From positions 1 through 27,404 of the IMG/VR virus record IMGVR_UViG_3300037308_000831: 27,404 nt of DNA; one strand, given 5' to 3'. Under the pieces are notes generated by a model. That model had not been told where the DNA came from. It saw nothing but the letters and a program-made list of their open reading frames with translations, and ran no database searches. The position numbers were made by a program, and so were the translations under genes. The DNA is from a virus. Lineage: Duplodnaviria; Caudoviricetes. Below, one piece after another: positions 8,997 to 17,946 of this stretch (positions within the stretch are counted from its first letter, which is position 1; every line of letters starts with the position of its first letter).

Positions 8997-9872
8997 TCAC
9001 CAGGCCGGTTGATACGGAATGAGGCTCTTCTGCTGCGTGCTCCAGAGGCTCATGATGTTGGAGAGGTTGCTGGTCGGCTGCGGCTGCCGGGTGGCGGTTG
9101 TCGTCTGCTTCTGCGCCATGTTGCCCAGGCCGTAGAGCAGCGCGAGGTTGCTCCCCATCTGCATCCCGCCCTGGATCCCCTGGGTGGTGTTCGCCCAGCG
9201 CGCCATCGCGCCCTGCATGGACTGCTCCCAGCGGGCGTTCTGCATCGCGGTTGCGCCCTGAACCCCCTGCTGCGCAATCCCTTGGTTGCGGATCGCCTGG
9301 GCTTCCTCCAGGCTCTTGCCACTGCGGAGCGCTTCGAGGGTGGCCATGCGGTTCTGAAAGTCCTGCTGCGCGAGCTGCTCGCGGGCTTGCACCGCCCGGT
9401 TCTGCACGTCAACCTGGGTCGCCTGCCAGTCCTTTTCGAGCTCGGCGAGCGCGTCCACATGCGCCCGGGATCCGGTCAGCCCCCTTGCGGCGAAGTTCTC
9501 TTCGAGGTTGCGTTTGGCAATAGCGTACTGGTCCGCCAGTGGCTTCATCATCTGCCCGATGTAGGCGTCCCGGAACTTGTCCCACTCGGCCACCCGTTCC
9601 GGCTCGGAGGTATTAAGGCCTGCTTCCAGTGCGGCGATCCTCTCCTCGCGCGCCTTCTTCGCGGCCTCCTGCTCCGGGGTGAGCGGCGTCGGGATCCACT
9701 CGTAGGTATTGGTCTCGGGATTCCAGCGCTGGATTCCCTCGGGGCTGGAATAGTTTGCCGGCGGCGGCGGCTTGGGGACCTTCGGCTGGTTTGCTCTCGA
9801 TATGGCGTAGCCCGCGCCGGCGCTGATGATGCTTGCAATCGCTGCGGCCAGAATAAACTCCAACCCGTACAT
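8997..9872 (-). CDS. Putative DNA ejection/pilot protein (P22 gp7-like position, 291 aa)
   Basis: Hydrophobic N-terminus followed by 'PKVPKPPPP', a Gln/Ala-rich coiled coil and a Gly-rich C-terminus. It lies directly after the tail nozzle gene and has a good SD (AAGGAGG on the minus strand). Confidence 0.65.
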   Translation of the reverse strand: MYGLEFILAAAIASIISAGAGYAISRANQPKVPKPPPPANYSSPEGIQRWNPETNTYEWIPTPLTPEQEAAKKAREERIAALEAGLNTSEPERVAEWDKFRDAYIGQMMKPLADQYAIAKRNLEENFAARGLTGSRAHVDALAELEKDWQATQVDVQNRAVQAREQLAQQDFQNRMATLEALRSGKSLEEAQAIRNQGIAQQGVQGATAMQNARWEQSMQGAMARWANTTQGIQGGMQMGSNLALLYGLGNMAQKQTTTATRQPQPTSNLSNIMSLWSTQQKSLIPYQPAW

Positions 9873-9890
9873 GGCGCATACCTCCTTGGA

Positions 9891-11348
9891 TCAGGGCCTG
9901 ATGCCCGCTTCGTTGTAGATCAGCTCGGTTGCGGCGACCGCAAACGGTTTGTAATTGTCCACGTGCTTGAACCCGAACTTGACCGCCTTCCCGCGGCCCA
10001 GGAGCGGAATGGAAAGCCCGAGGCTCTTGGTCCCGCGCCAGTAGAAGGTGCGCCACTTCGCGACCCGCCAGTAGCTGCCGGTGTCGGCCGCGAAGGTCTG
10101 GTTGAACGCGGTAAAGGAGCTGAAATCCACCTGTTCGGTGACGGTGAGCTCGCCGAGCGCCCCCTCGCCCAGTATCATCTTGAGGAAAAGCGGCTTTTTG
10201 TAGGTGGAGATCCGGCCCATCTTGAGCCAGGCCGTTTCGATGTAAAACTCGATCGCCCGGCCGTCGTCGCTTGCTGCGTTCTGGTCGAGCTTGTAGAGGT
10301 AGCCGCCCTCCCCGCCGAAGTAGAGCTCGTAGTCGACCGGCAGCATCGCCGCGGCATCCAACCCCGTCCACTCGTACCAGGCCTCCCGCACATAGTCGTA
10401 GACCAGGATCGATGGCGGCATGTGGAACAGCGTCAGCCGCAGCGTGGGCAGTATCGCAGCCGATAGGACGCCGGCCGCCTTCATCCTGGCCAGCACCAGG
10501 GGCTCGATGTTCTCGGAGAGGTTTCCGATGTTAAGCTCGCCCGTCTTGGCCGAGCGGGTGAGGCTCTTGATCCCGAGACGGCTTGCGAAAAGTAGATCGT
10601 TTCCGAACCCGACCGGCCGACCGAAGGGAGCGCCGACCGGAAAAACCTTCACCAGGCCCTGGTTCTGGGGATCGATCCAGCTCCAGACGAAGATCTCCTC
10701 GGCCATGAGAAAAACGAGGTAGCCCTCCCAGACCGCAAGGCCGGTCACGGTGCCGCTTGCGATCGAGGCTTGCATCGATAGATCGACGTAGCCGGCGTTG
10801 TTGGCCGAGATCCAGTCGTTCATGTCCTGGAGCCCGCAGTAGTAGATCATCTGCCGGGCGCCGGGCCTGCCGCCGGCGAAGAGCCGGCCCTTGTAGGTGA
10901 TGACCCATTTCGGGGAGTCCCCATAGGACCAGTCGGTGCAGAGGTTTGCGAGCTCAGCCCAGGTCTCCCCGTCGGTCCAGAAGGGAAGATTCACCCCGTT
11001 GAAGACGACCAGCTTGTCATTGAAGGTGGCCGCCGAGATGATGCTGCTGCCAAGCCCGGTCCGGATCGTCGTCCAGGTGCCGTCCGTGTTCTTCCTGAGC
11101 AGCGCACCCCCGGCCGCGGCGATGGTGTGCACGGTTCCGTCCCGCTTGCGGTAGAGGACGAGGCTCTCGATCTTGAGCGCCCCCGCGATCTGCTGGGAGG
11201 CCTTGACCGAGCCCGGCCGCTGCGCCCAGAGCCCCTTCTCGCTGGTGTAGGCGTTCTTGAAGACCGGAAAGAATTCCGGCTTCATGTTCACCTGGTCGGA
11301 GACCGCGTTCAGGCCCTTGGGCTGCGGGAATGGAAAGATCTTCGCCAT
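9891..11348 (-). CDS. Tail nozzle / packaged-DNA stabilization protein (P22 gp10 / tail tubular B-like)
   Basis: 485-aa beta-rich protein with N-terminal 'GLN...N...G.WAQRPG' and a propeller-like pattern; follows the adaptor gene. Confidence 0.75.
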   Translation of the reverse strand: MAKIFPFPQPKGLNAVSDQVNMKPEFFPVFKNAYTSEKGLWAQRPGSVKASQQIAGALKIESLVLYRKRDGTVHTIAAAGGALLRKNTDGTWTTIRTGLGSSIISAATFNDKLVVFNGVNLPFWTDGETWAELANLCTDWSYGDSPKWVITYKGRLFAGGRPGARQMIYYCGLQDMNDWISANNAGYVDLSMQASIASGTVTGLAVWEGYLVFLMAEEIFVWSWIDPQNQGLVKVFPVGAPFGRPVGFGNDLLFASRLGIKSLTRSAKTGELNIGNLSENIEPLVLARMKAAGVLSAAILPTLRLTLFHMPPSILVYDYVREAWYEWTGLDAAAMLPVDYELYFGGEGGYLYKLDQNAASDDGRAIEFYIETAWLKMGRISTYKKPLFLKMILGEGALGELTVTEQVDFSSFTAFNQTFAADTGSYWRVAKWRTFYWRGTKSLGLSIPLLGRGKAVKFGFKHVDNYKPFAVAATELIYNEAGIRP

Positions 11349-11350
11349 GT

Positions 11351-11977
11351 TCAGAAGTCCCGATACGGCACAAAGCGCGGCGTCTGCCGGCGCTGCTCGA
11401 CCGCGTAGCGATGACGGGCGTCCCGGTGATCCTCCACGTCCGCCGGCGAGACATCCCCGTCGATGGTCTTGACCTTCATCACGGCCCCGGTGATCAGGAC
11501 CTGATCGTCGAAGGGCGAAGTATCTGCGTCCGCGGCAAGCTCGGCGGGCTTCTTCTGGTAGCGGACGTAGACCTTCTTCCCGGCGTGCGCGGCGTCCGGG
11601 ACGTACCAGAACCAGATCTTCCCGCCGGCCAGGTGGCAGATCACGGGCGGCCCCTGCAGGGTGCGGTTGAGAGTTTCTGCGTCCCAGCGGACCTCGCTCA
11701 CCCGCTCGATAATTCGGTAGGCGGGATCGTTCATCACTGGATCCGCCAGAACCCGGTCATGGTCGGCGGCCAGCGCGTAGTCCGGGGTGCCCGCGGCAAG
11801 GGTTATTTCATGGACGACTTCGAGCGCCGGCCAGATGCTGCCCGAGGCGAGCTTTGCGGCGGTTGCGTTTAATGCGGAAAGCACGTTTTGGACGTACTGG
11901 CTTGCGTTGGCAAGCGTGGTAACAACCGGCTGCCGCAGCTCCTTCAGGCAGGCGTTGACCAGGGCGAGCGCGTTCAT
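11351..11977 (-). CDS. Head-tail adaptor (tail tubular A / gp4-like)
   Basis: 'MNALALVNACLKEL...TLAAGTPDYAL...GPP...WFWYVPD...YVRY' pattern typical of podophage adaptors; located just upstream of the nozzle gene. Confidence 0.75.
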   Translation of the reverse strand: MNALALVNACLKELRQPVVTTLANASQYVQNVLSALNATAAKLASGSIWPALEVVHEITLAAGTPDYALAADHDRVLADPVMNDPAYRIIERVSEVRWDAETLNRTLQGPPVICHLAGGKIWFWYVPDAAHAGKKVYVRYQKKPAELAADADTSPFDDQVLITGAVMKVKTIDGDVSPADVEDHRDARHRYAVEQRRQTPRFVPYRDF

Positions 11978-12408
11978 TTCCTGAGCTCCTTGACCAGCTC
12001 GTTTCTGAAAAGGTCGAGATCAAAGGCCAGTCCCGGGCAGGTCTTGGCCGGCTCGAACTGCCGATGGCCGAACACCCGATCGGCCGGGATGAGGTATCTC
12101 CGGCAGAGCCAGGCGGTGAGACCAATCCCTCTTCTCCACTGCGCCGGCGGCGGCGAGAGCTCGTCGAATTCGCCGACGAAGCAGATCCCCAGGGAGTCGA
12201 AATTCTGCCCCAGGCAGTGCGCCCCGGTCTGGTCCGGAAAGCGGCCGAGCAGGATCTCATAGCCCTCGTTCACGAGCTCGACCCCGAAGTGATAGCCGAT
12301 GTCCGCCCAGCCGCGCTGCTCCACGTGGTATCTGCGGATCGCCCCCCAGGAGACGGTCCTCCCGTCCTCGGTGGCCGAGCAGTGCAGGATGATCCGGGTC
12401 GGATTCAT
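11974..12408 (-). CDS. Endolysin, N-acetylmuramoyl-L-alanine amidase (T7 lysozyme / Amidase_2 family)
   Basis: Zn-ligand motifs IILHCSAT, GWADIGYHF, GAHC, and GHR..KTCPG. Start placed at ATG 12408; GTG 12420 is an alternative. Confidence 0.92.
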   Translation of the reverse strand: MNPTRIILHCSATEDGRTVSWGAIRRYHVEQRGWADIGYHFGVELVNEGYEILLGRFPDQTGAHCLGQNFDSLGICFVGEFDELSPPPAQWRRGIGLTAWLCRRYLIPADRVFGHRQFEPAKTCPGLAFDLDLFRNELVKELRK

Positions 12409-12424
12409 GCGCGTCGCCACGGGA

Positions 12425-12592
12425 TCAGCCTCCGCAGGCGGCCCGGCCGATCAGAAAGCCCACCACCCCGCCGGCCGCAGCCCCGTATACGGCGAACAGG
12501 ACGAGGGCGAGCATCTGCATCCCTCGCCCGGCCTCGATGTCGGCTTCGCGGCAATACAGTTCAAGCTTGTCTATTTCGTGATGCCCTTCCAT
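12425..12592 (-). CDS. Small membrane protein in lysis cassette (~55 aa)
   Basis: Fills the gap between holin and amidase and has a C-terminal hydrophobic helix 'MLALVLFAVYGAAAGGVVGFLIG'. The start (ATG 12592) overlaps the holin end and is uncertain. Confidence 0.45.
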   Translation of the reverse strand: MEGHHEIDKLELYCREADIEAGRGMQMLALVLFAVYGAAAGGVVGFLIGRAACGG

Positions 12593-13017
12593 TTCTCCCA
12601 GCTCCTGAAGCCTCCGAACCCGAGAAGCGCCCCGAGCACGATGAAGAGGTACTCCGCATCCGGAAGGACCGGCGGCGTGACGGTCGGCCGCCAGATCGCA
12701 GCCGCCCAGCACGCGAGCGGATGGATGATGAAGACGTAGCCGAGCGCCACATTGCAGATCCAAAGGGTGGTCGGCCGCGCGCGCCGGACATAGGGGTCGG
12801 TGCTCGCCGCCTCGATCTTGTTGATCTCGATCTGCCCCATCTTTTCCGCGTGCTCCTGCTCGCGGAGCTTGTTCTCGGCTTCAAGCGCGATCGTTTTCAG
12901 CCCGAGCTCGGCCTCAAGCTGCTTGTCCTTGTCCGGGATCAGCTTCTTGATGATCTCGATGCCGCCCTGGACTACCTCGCTCAGGATCGGAATGGCGGAT
13001 ATGAAACTCACGTTCAC
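12571..13017 (-). CDS. Holin, GTA_holin_3TM-like family
   Basis: 'IIKKLIPDKD...GQIEINKIEAAS..PYVRRARP...LLGFGGFRSWEKWKG' signature with hydrophobic helices; adjacent to the endolysin. Confidence 0.8.
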   Translation of the reverse strand: MNVSFISAIPILSEVVQGGIEIIKKLIPDKDKQLEAELGLKTIALEAENKLREQEHAEKMGQIEINKIEAASTDPYVRRARPTTLWICNVALGYVFIIHPLACWAAAIWRPTVTPPVLPDAEYLFIVLGALLGFGGFRSWEKWKGITK

Positions 13018-13304
13018 TCGTCCTTGTGGTTGTTCAGGATCCGGTCGATCCGGTTGGCCAGGTTGCGGAGATCCTGACTGGTGTCCATCCGTAGCTGCCG
13101 GATCTCGTTGCTGGTGTCGTTTTTCAGCTGCCGAATCTCGTTGACGATAGCTCCGCTGCAGGCGTCATGGATCGCCTTGTCGAGCTTAGCCTGCTCGATG
13201 CGCTCCAGCCGACGGTTGAACCCGAAAAGCGTAAAGACCAGCGTCACCAGGCTCGTCACGAACCCGGCTCCAGCGCTCGCCCCGATGTTTTCAAGCCCGT
13301 TCAT
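13014..13304 (-). CDS. Membrane-anchored coiled-coil protein (96 aa), lysis-cassette associated
   Basis: Start reassigned to ATG 13304 (MNGLENIG). One N-terminal TM helix followed by an 11-residue repeat coiled coil; the stop overlaps the holin start by 4 nt. Confidence 0.6.
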   Translation of the reverse strand: MNGLENIGASAGAGFVTSLVTLVFTLFGFNRRLERIEQAKLDKAIHDACSGAIVNEIRQLKNDTSNEIRQLRMDTSQDLRNLANRIDRILNNHKDE

Positions 13305-13569
13305 TGAAGGGTTTCCTTTTCCGCCGGCCGGTGTTCTTGTGAATGTCAGGAGCTTCTTTCGCCGGTTGAGGGCTTTTGGCTTCAGCGTCGTCAGCTTCGC
13401 CTTTCTCCCAGACGACCTTGGCCGGCAGCCTGAAAATGTCCCGGCACTCTTCAAGCAGAACAAGCCCATCGATCGGATCAACCTCACAAAGGGGATTGAA
13501 ATGGTATTCCCTGCCCCAGAACCGGGTCACCGTCTTTACAGGCTTCGGCCCGTAGTATTCGATCAGCAT
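13291..13569 (-). CDS. Hypothetical protein (92 aa), probable head-associated small protein
   Basis: SD-like GAGAGG upstream, co-oriented with the operon, short beta domain plus a basic disordered tail. Confidence 0.6.
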   Translation of the reverse strand: MLIEYYGPKPVKTVTRFWGREYHFNPLCEVDPIDGLVLLEECRDIFRLPAKVVWEKGEADDAEAKSPQPAKEAPDIHKNTGRRKRKPFNERA

Positions 13570-13633
13570 GAATAGACCTCTCTTTTTTGGAGTGACGGCG
13601 GGCGCCGGGTGCGGCAGCCCGCCGGTTAAGGGT

Positions 13634-14059
13634 CTACTGCTGCATGGCGTAGAGAGCGGCCAGGCCGACCTTGCCGACCGCGCCGGTGGCAGGTGCGGTG
13701 GAGACCTTGACCACCACGTCGGTATCGGCTGCGAGCACCTGGCCGAGCTTGGCCGGGTTGCTCATGCGCGACATGCCGCCGGTTTTCGCGACCCCGTCGG
13801 CGTAGAAGAAGAGATCCGCGGTCGTGCCGTCCCCTACCTGGAGCATGACGGCGGGGGTGCCGTTGGTGTCGAGGTCGTCCGCGGAGAGGAGCATTTCGAG
13901 AAGAACGGCCCCCTTCGGCAGGGTGAGCATCTTCACCGTGTCGTTTACGACCGGAGCGGCCGGGAAGGTGAATTCGGCAAAGACGCTGGTCACCTCCCCG
14001 ACGACGCCCCGCGGGGGGACCTTGTTCGTGATCCGAGAGCTGCTGTAGGCGGTTGCCAT
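13634..14059 (-). CDS. Capsid decoration/cement protein (141 aa)
   Basis: Directly after the capsid gene with a GGAGG SD; 'DTVKMLTLPKGAVLLE...DDLDTNGTP...VGD' beta-sandwich pattern. Confidence 0.7.
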   Translation of the reverse strand: MATAYSSSRITNKVPPRGVVGEVTSVFAEFTFPAAPVVNDTVKMLTLPKGAVLLEMLLSADDLDTNGTPAVMLQVGDGTTADLFFYADGVAKTGGMSRMSNPAKLGQVLAADTDVVVKVSTAPATGAVGKVGLAALYAMQQ

Positions 14060-14123
14060 TTTGGGTTTCCTCCGTTGCCAGGAAGGCCGGCGGGGATTAA
14101 TCCGCCGGCGCTATTGGTTTTCA

Positions 14124-15122
14124 TCAGTCGGCTGCGATGTAGGTGTCGAGCGCGATCAACGCGTAGTCCTCGTTGTTGAACTTGGGCTTGGCGATGGCCG
14201 CGTGGGTGGAGATGGCGAAGCCGGCCTTGCGGTTGTAGTCGAAGGTCTTCTCGTCCCAGGAGGGCGGCCGGGAGACCGCGAGCGCACCGGCCTGGGCACC
14301 CAGGAACAGGGCTCGCGCCCCAGTGAGGTTCCCGCCGGCCCCCCAGGTCGAGTAGGTCTTGATGCGCTCGTACTCGTGGATGACGACCCCGTCCCACATG
14401 CCGAGTGCGCCGGAGAAGATCGGATTCTTCTCCCCCCGGATGTTGGCCTCGCGCTGGGCCTGCTGCCAGGCGGATTCGGTCTTGAGCGCCTTCGCCTGGT
14501 AGGGGTGCACCAGGCATAGGTAGTGCTCGGCGCCGTTCACCCTGAGCGGCCGGATCTTGGACTCGGCGTTGTTCGTGCCGATGGTGGCGAGCTGAGCCTT
14601 GCGCTTGGCGCGGGAGATCAGGGTCGTGGAGAAGACGTCCGAGCTGTCGATCGTCGCATCACTCGTCGCATCCCCGCCGTAGAGCACCCGGTTGGTGGTC
14701 GGGCTGGCGGAAAGCACATTGACGAAGGTCACGTCGATCTTGCGCTGCAGCCAGTCGGAGAGAGCGGCCTTGGCGTCTTTCCGCATGTTGACCGCGACCT
14801 TCTGCTCGGCAAGACGCCCCTTCAGGCGGACGGCGTGCGCGTATTCCTTCAGCAGGAGGCTCACGTCGTAGTAGATCAGCGCCTCCTCGTTGCCTTCGAG
14901 AACCGCGTCGTCCTCGACCCCCTCCCCCACGAGCGGGGTGAGGAGAGAGATGTTGTACTGGCCGCCTTTTTCCCGGCGCAGCTCGTCGGTGTAGAAGATG
15001 GCGGCGTTTTTGTCGTCGGAGCGTTTGTTGAAGAACTTGTAGAAGAAAAGCCCCTGGAGCGCGGACATCCAGGTTTCTTTCGCCCAGAGCTGTTTCATGC
15101 TGGGGCCAATCGTGTCAGCCAT
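14124..15122 (-). CDS. Major capsid protein (N4-gp56 / DUF4043-like, HK97 fold), 332 aa
   Basis: 'LEGNEEAL', 'HPYQAKALK', 'NPIFSGALGMWDGVVIHE' and 'RALFLGAQA' motifs. Start set at ATG 15122 behind a GGAGG SD (15131-15135). Confidence 0.88.
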   Translation of the reverse strand: MADTIGPSMKQLWAKETWMSALQGLFFYKFFNKRSDDKNAAIFYTDELRREKGGQYNISLLTPLVGEGVEDDAVLEGNEEALIYYDVSLLLKEYAHAVRLKGRLAEQKVAVNMRKDAKAALSDWLQRKIDVTFVNVLSASPTTNRVLYGGDATSDATIDSSDVFSTTLISRAKRKAQLATIGTNNAESKIRPLRVNGAEHYLCLVHPYQAKALKTESAWQQAQREANIRGEKNPIFSGALGMWDGVVIHEYERIKTYSTWGAGGNLTGARALFLGAQAGALAVSRPPSWDEKTFDYNRKAGFAISTHAAIAKPKFNNEDYALIALDTYIAAD

Positions 15123-15288
15123 TTCAGGATCCTCCGTAAAAGTCGCGATGGTTGAAGCCTCGCGGGGTGACGGTCCGCGCCGCAACACGACTTTTACGGG
15201 TGGTCTCCCGATGGCGGCCTTTTACGAGTCGGCCGGCTCGAATACTCTGGGCTTTTACGGGGTGCCCTTGCCCGGGGTTGAAATGCGG
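15123..15288 (-). promoter_or_regulatory. Structured capsid mRNA leader: three hairpin+CGUAAAAG units and a 12-bp stem overlapping the SD
   Basis: Plus-strand cttttacg at 15191, 15219 and 15252. The perfect inverted repeat ccgtaaaagtcg (15134-15145) / cgacttttacgg (15188-15199) overlaps the SD. Confidence 0.6.
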
Positions 15289-16113
15289 TCAGGAAATGCC
15301 GAGCAGCCGGCGCCGGGTCTTCTCCGGCAGCTGCGCCCAGGCCTGCGGGGTCAGCCTGGCGGCCTCATCAACTGAAATATCGTTCTCATCGCCGGCAGGC
15401 GCCGTGCCCCGCTTCTTGCCGGAAACGCTCGATAGATCCTGCAGCGGTGGCGCTTCGCCCCCCTTTCCCCCGCCCTTAAGCTTCTCAAGCGCCTCCCGGC
15501 GGCCCTCCTCGCGTGCCGAGGCCAGCCGCTCGTCCAGAGACAAGAACATACCCATGCGGTAAGCGAACTCGGCCGGGTCCTGGGAGTGCAGAAATAGCGC
15601 CCGCATGCTCTCGTCATTCTGGATGACCGGCAACACCTTGGAGACGACAGAATCGTAGTCCTTGTAGCGGCCGCGAGCCATCTGCTCGGAGATCTGGGCC
15701 TTCATCTGCCGGACCTCCTGGGAGAGAGGCGTGATCTCCCTATCCAGGACGGGCTTCACCAGCGGAGTGATCGCGTCGTCCTCCTCTTCCTTCTTCGCCG
15801 GCGGGGCCTGGGGACCGGCGGCGGCGCCGTGCTTGGCCTGGAAGAGCTGGAATTCGAGGTAGCGCTGGGCCTCCTGGCGCTTGGTGCGCTCCTCCTGCAG
15901 GGCCTTGTTGAGGTTGTCGTTCGTCTCGCGCAGCTTCACGAGCTCCTGTTCGCGCTCGTCGGCCTTGGCCTGCTCGGAAGCGGGCGGCTGCCCTTCCCCC
16001 TCGCCCTCTCCTTCCCCGGCCTCGGCCGCGTCGCCGGTTTCCTCCTCGCCCTCAAAATCGGAGACCTCTTCTTCAGTTTCGTCTTGTTCAATGTTTTCAG
16101 ATGTTTGGTTCAT
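15289..16113 (-). CDS. Capsid scaffolding protein (274 aa)
   Basis: Very acidic N-terminus, coiled coil, 'DPAEFAYRMG' motif and a C-terminal helix-turn-helix; located between portal and capsid. Confidence 0.8.
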   Translation of the reverse strand: MNQTSENIEQDETEEEVSDFEGEEETGDAAEAGEGEGEGEGQPPASEQAKADEREQELVKLRETNDNLNKALQEERTKRQEAQRYLEFQLFQAKHGAAAGPQAPPAKKEEEDDAITPLVKPVLDREITPLSQEVRQMKAQISEQMARGRYKDYDSVVSKVLPVIQNDESMRALFLHSQDPAEFAYRMGMFLSLDERLASAREEGRREALEKLKGGGKGGEAPPLQDLSSVSGKKRGTAPAGDENDISVDEAARLTPQAWAQLPEKTRRRLLGIS

Positions 16114-16137
16114 AGAACACCCTTCAATGGTTTAAGT

Positions 16138-17946
16138 TTACGCCGGCCCGCCTGCCCCGGCTGGAAATGGAGGGGCCGGAAGTGGCGGGTTTCCGGCCCC
16201 TCCGCTGCCGCCCCCGGGGAAAAGAGGCGGAACCCCGGGGCTCCCTGGCGGCATGAGCGGCTGGGCGAGCTTCTCCAGGATTTTCTCCTTGCCGGGGATG
16301 TCGCTCGCCTCTACGATCAGATCATCCGGAATCGGAACGCCGGCCTTCCGCATGTCCATCAGCATCATGAAGTTGCTCATGCGCACCGACGGCGAGGACG
16401 GCGACTGCGCGGCGACCAGGTCATATTTCAGGACGTCGGCGCCCTTGATCGCGGAGACGAGCTCGGGGGTGGCCTCCTCGCCCAGGATCCGGCCGATCTC
16501 ATCCTCCGGCATGTAGGCGACGATCCGGGCAGCGATCCGCCGGGCGACCTCTTTCAGAGCGAGCCTGAAATTGTCGAAGATCTGCGCTATCACGGTCAGC
16601 CCCTGCCGCATGCGAAGATCGATCGCAACCCCCGACTGCGTGGCCTCGCGGATCCCGAGGAGATCCGAGTTGACCCCGGAGATCGCCTTGATGTCGTCCT
16701 TGTTCTGCTCCTCCATCTGCATCACGGCCGCCGGCAGCGCGGCCGGCTGGATCCGCTCGTAGGTGGTGCCCGCCTTTTTGAGCGCGGTCATGCCGGGGCG
16801 CGAGCCAAAGGCCTCAAGCTGGGCCAGGAGCTCGGGATCGTCCGCGATCCAGCCGGAGTTGGCCGAGGTGTTGATGATGTGAAGGGTCTGGGAGCGGCGC
16901 TTGTTGACCTCAAGCTGCGGGTCGATAATGTTCTTCACGACCCCGTAGTCGCCTCTCCTTCCCCGGTAGCAGAAGAATGGAACGGGCGGATAGCGGTTGT
17001 CGCAGGTCGCAACCGGCCCCTCGATGACAGCCGACCCGGAGACCCGCGCACACTTTATGACGCGCCGGCTGCGCTCAATGATCTTCAAGTTCGGGACCGC
17101 CTCGATCGCCTGCTTCGCGGCGGTCTCGTCCTGGATCTCCTGGACGTCGCCGGTCGCCTCGTCCACCATGAACCGCATGGGCTCGAAGTCCTCCCAATAG
17201 GCCTCGATGATCTCAACGTCGTCGGAGCCGATTTCGCCGACCTCGTAGCTTCCGGCTGGCTGCGCGGAGGAAGCCTCCCCGTAGTCGCTTTCGGTGTCGT
17301 CAGCCGTCTGTTGCTCGGCCTTGCGGATCTCGGCGATCGTCTGGAACTTGGAGGCGAACTTCGGCCATAGCCTTTTTGCAGTCTGAAGCGGCACCCGCTT
17401 GATCCGCAAGAGCCAGGGACAGTCCGAGAGATCCCGCTCGACCCCCCGGGGGATGATGACCTCGTCGGGGTCTTCTTTTCGGACAATGATCTCCCCGTTC
17501 AGCCAGTCGTCACGGTAGCTCATTTCCACCATGAACCAGCCGCGGCCGGAGACCGCCCCGTCGAAGAAGACGTCCCCCTGGCGCATTTCAAGATCGTTTC
17601 GGTCGCAGACGTATTTCACAAGCTTGGTCATGGCCTGGGCGATCGGCGCGTCGTCCTGGGTGCGTCCGATGAATTTGAGATCGACCTTCTCCTGGCGCTG
17701 CACCCCGCAGAGAAGATCGAGCTGCGGCCGGGTCAGGTTGATGGTCAGCGCCGGCCGGCCCTCCTCTTCGAGCTTCTTTCTGTCCTCGGCGTCCCACTGG
17801 TCTCCGTCGTAGAAGTCGAAGGCCTTCCCCGCCTGCTGGGTGAACTTCCGGTGATAGCCTGCGGTCTCCCGGCGCCAGCGGCGGATGTTGGCCACAATCG
17901 GATTTACGCGGCCATCCAGCTCCGGCTGCTTTCCTTCGGTGTCCAT
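16138..17946 (-). CDS. Portal protein, P22-like (602 aa)
   Basis: 'FYDGDQW...GRPALTIN', 'GVVKNIIDPQLEVNKRRS' and 'SGVAIDLRMRQG' motifs; follows TerL. Confidence 0.92.
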   Translation of the reverse strand: MDTEGKQPELDGRVNPIVANIRRWRRETAGYHRKFTQQAGKAFDFYDGDQWDAEDRKKLEEEGRPALTINLTRPQLDLLCGVQRQEKVDLKFIGRTQDDAPIAQAMTKLVKYVCDRNDLEMRQGDVFFDGAVSGRGWFMVEMSYRDDWLNGEIIVRKEDPDEVIIPRGVERDLSDCPWLLRIKRVPLQTAKRLWPKFASKFQTIAEIRKAEQQTADDTESDYGEASSAQPAGSYEVGEIGSDDVEIIEAYWEDFEPMRFMVDEATGDVQEIQDETAAKQAIEAVPNLKIIERSRRVIKCARVSGSAVIEGPVATCDNRYPPVPFFCYRGRRGDYGVVKNIIDPQLEVNKRRSQTLHIINTSANSGWIADDPELLAQLEAFGSRPGMTALKKAGTTYERIQPAALPAAVMQMEEQNKDDIKAISGVNSDLLGIREATQSGVAIDLRMRQGLTVIAQIFDNFRLALKEVARRIAARIVAYMPEDEIGRILGEEATPELVSAIKGADVLKYDLVAAQSPSSPSVRMSNFMMLMDMRKAGVPIPDDLIVEASDIPGKEKILEKLAQPLMPPGSPGVPPLFPGGGSGGAGNPPLPAPPFPAGAGGPA

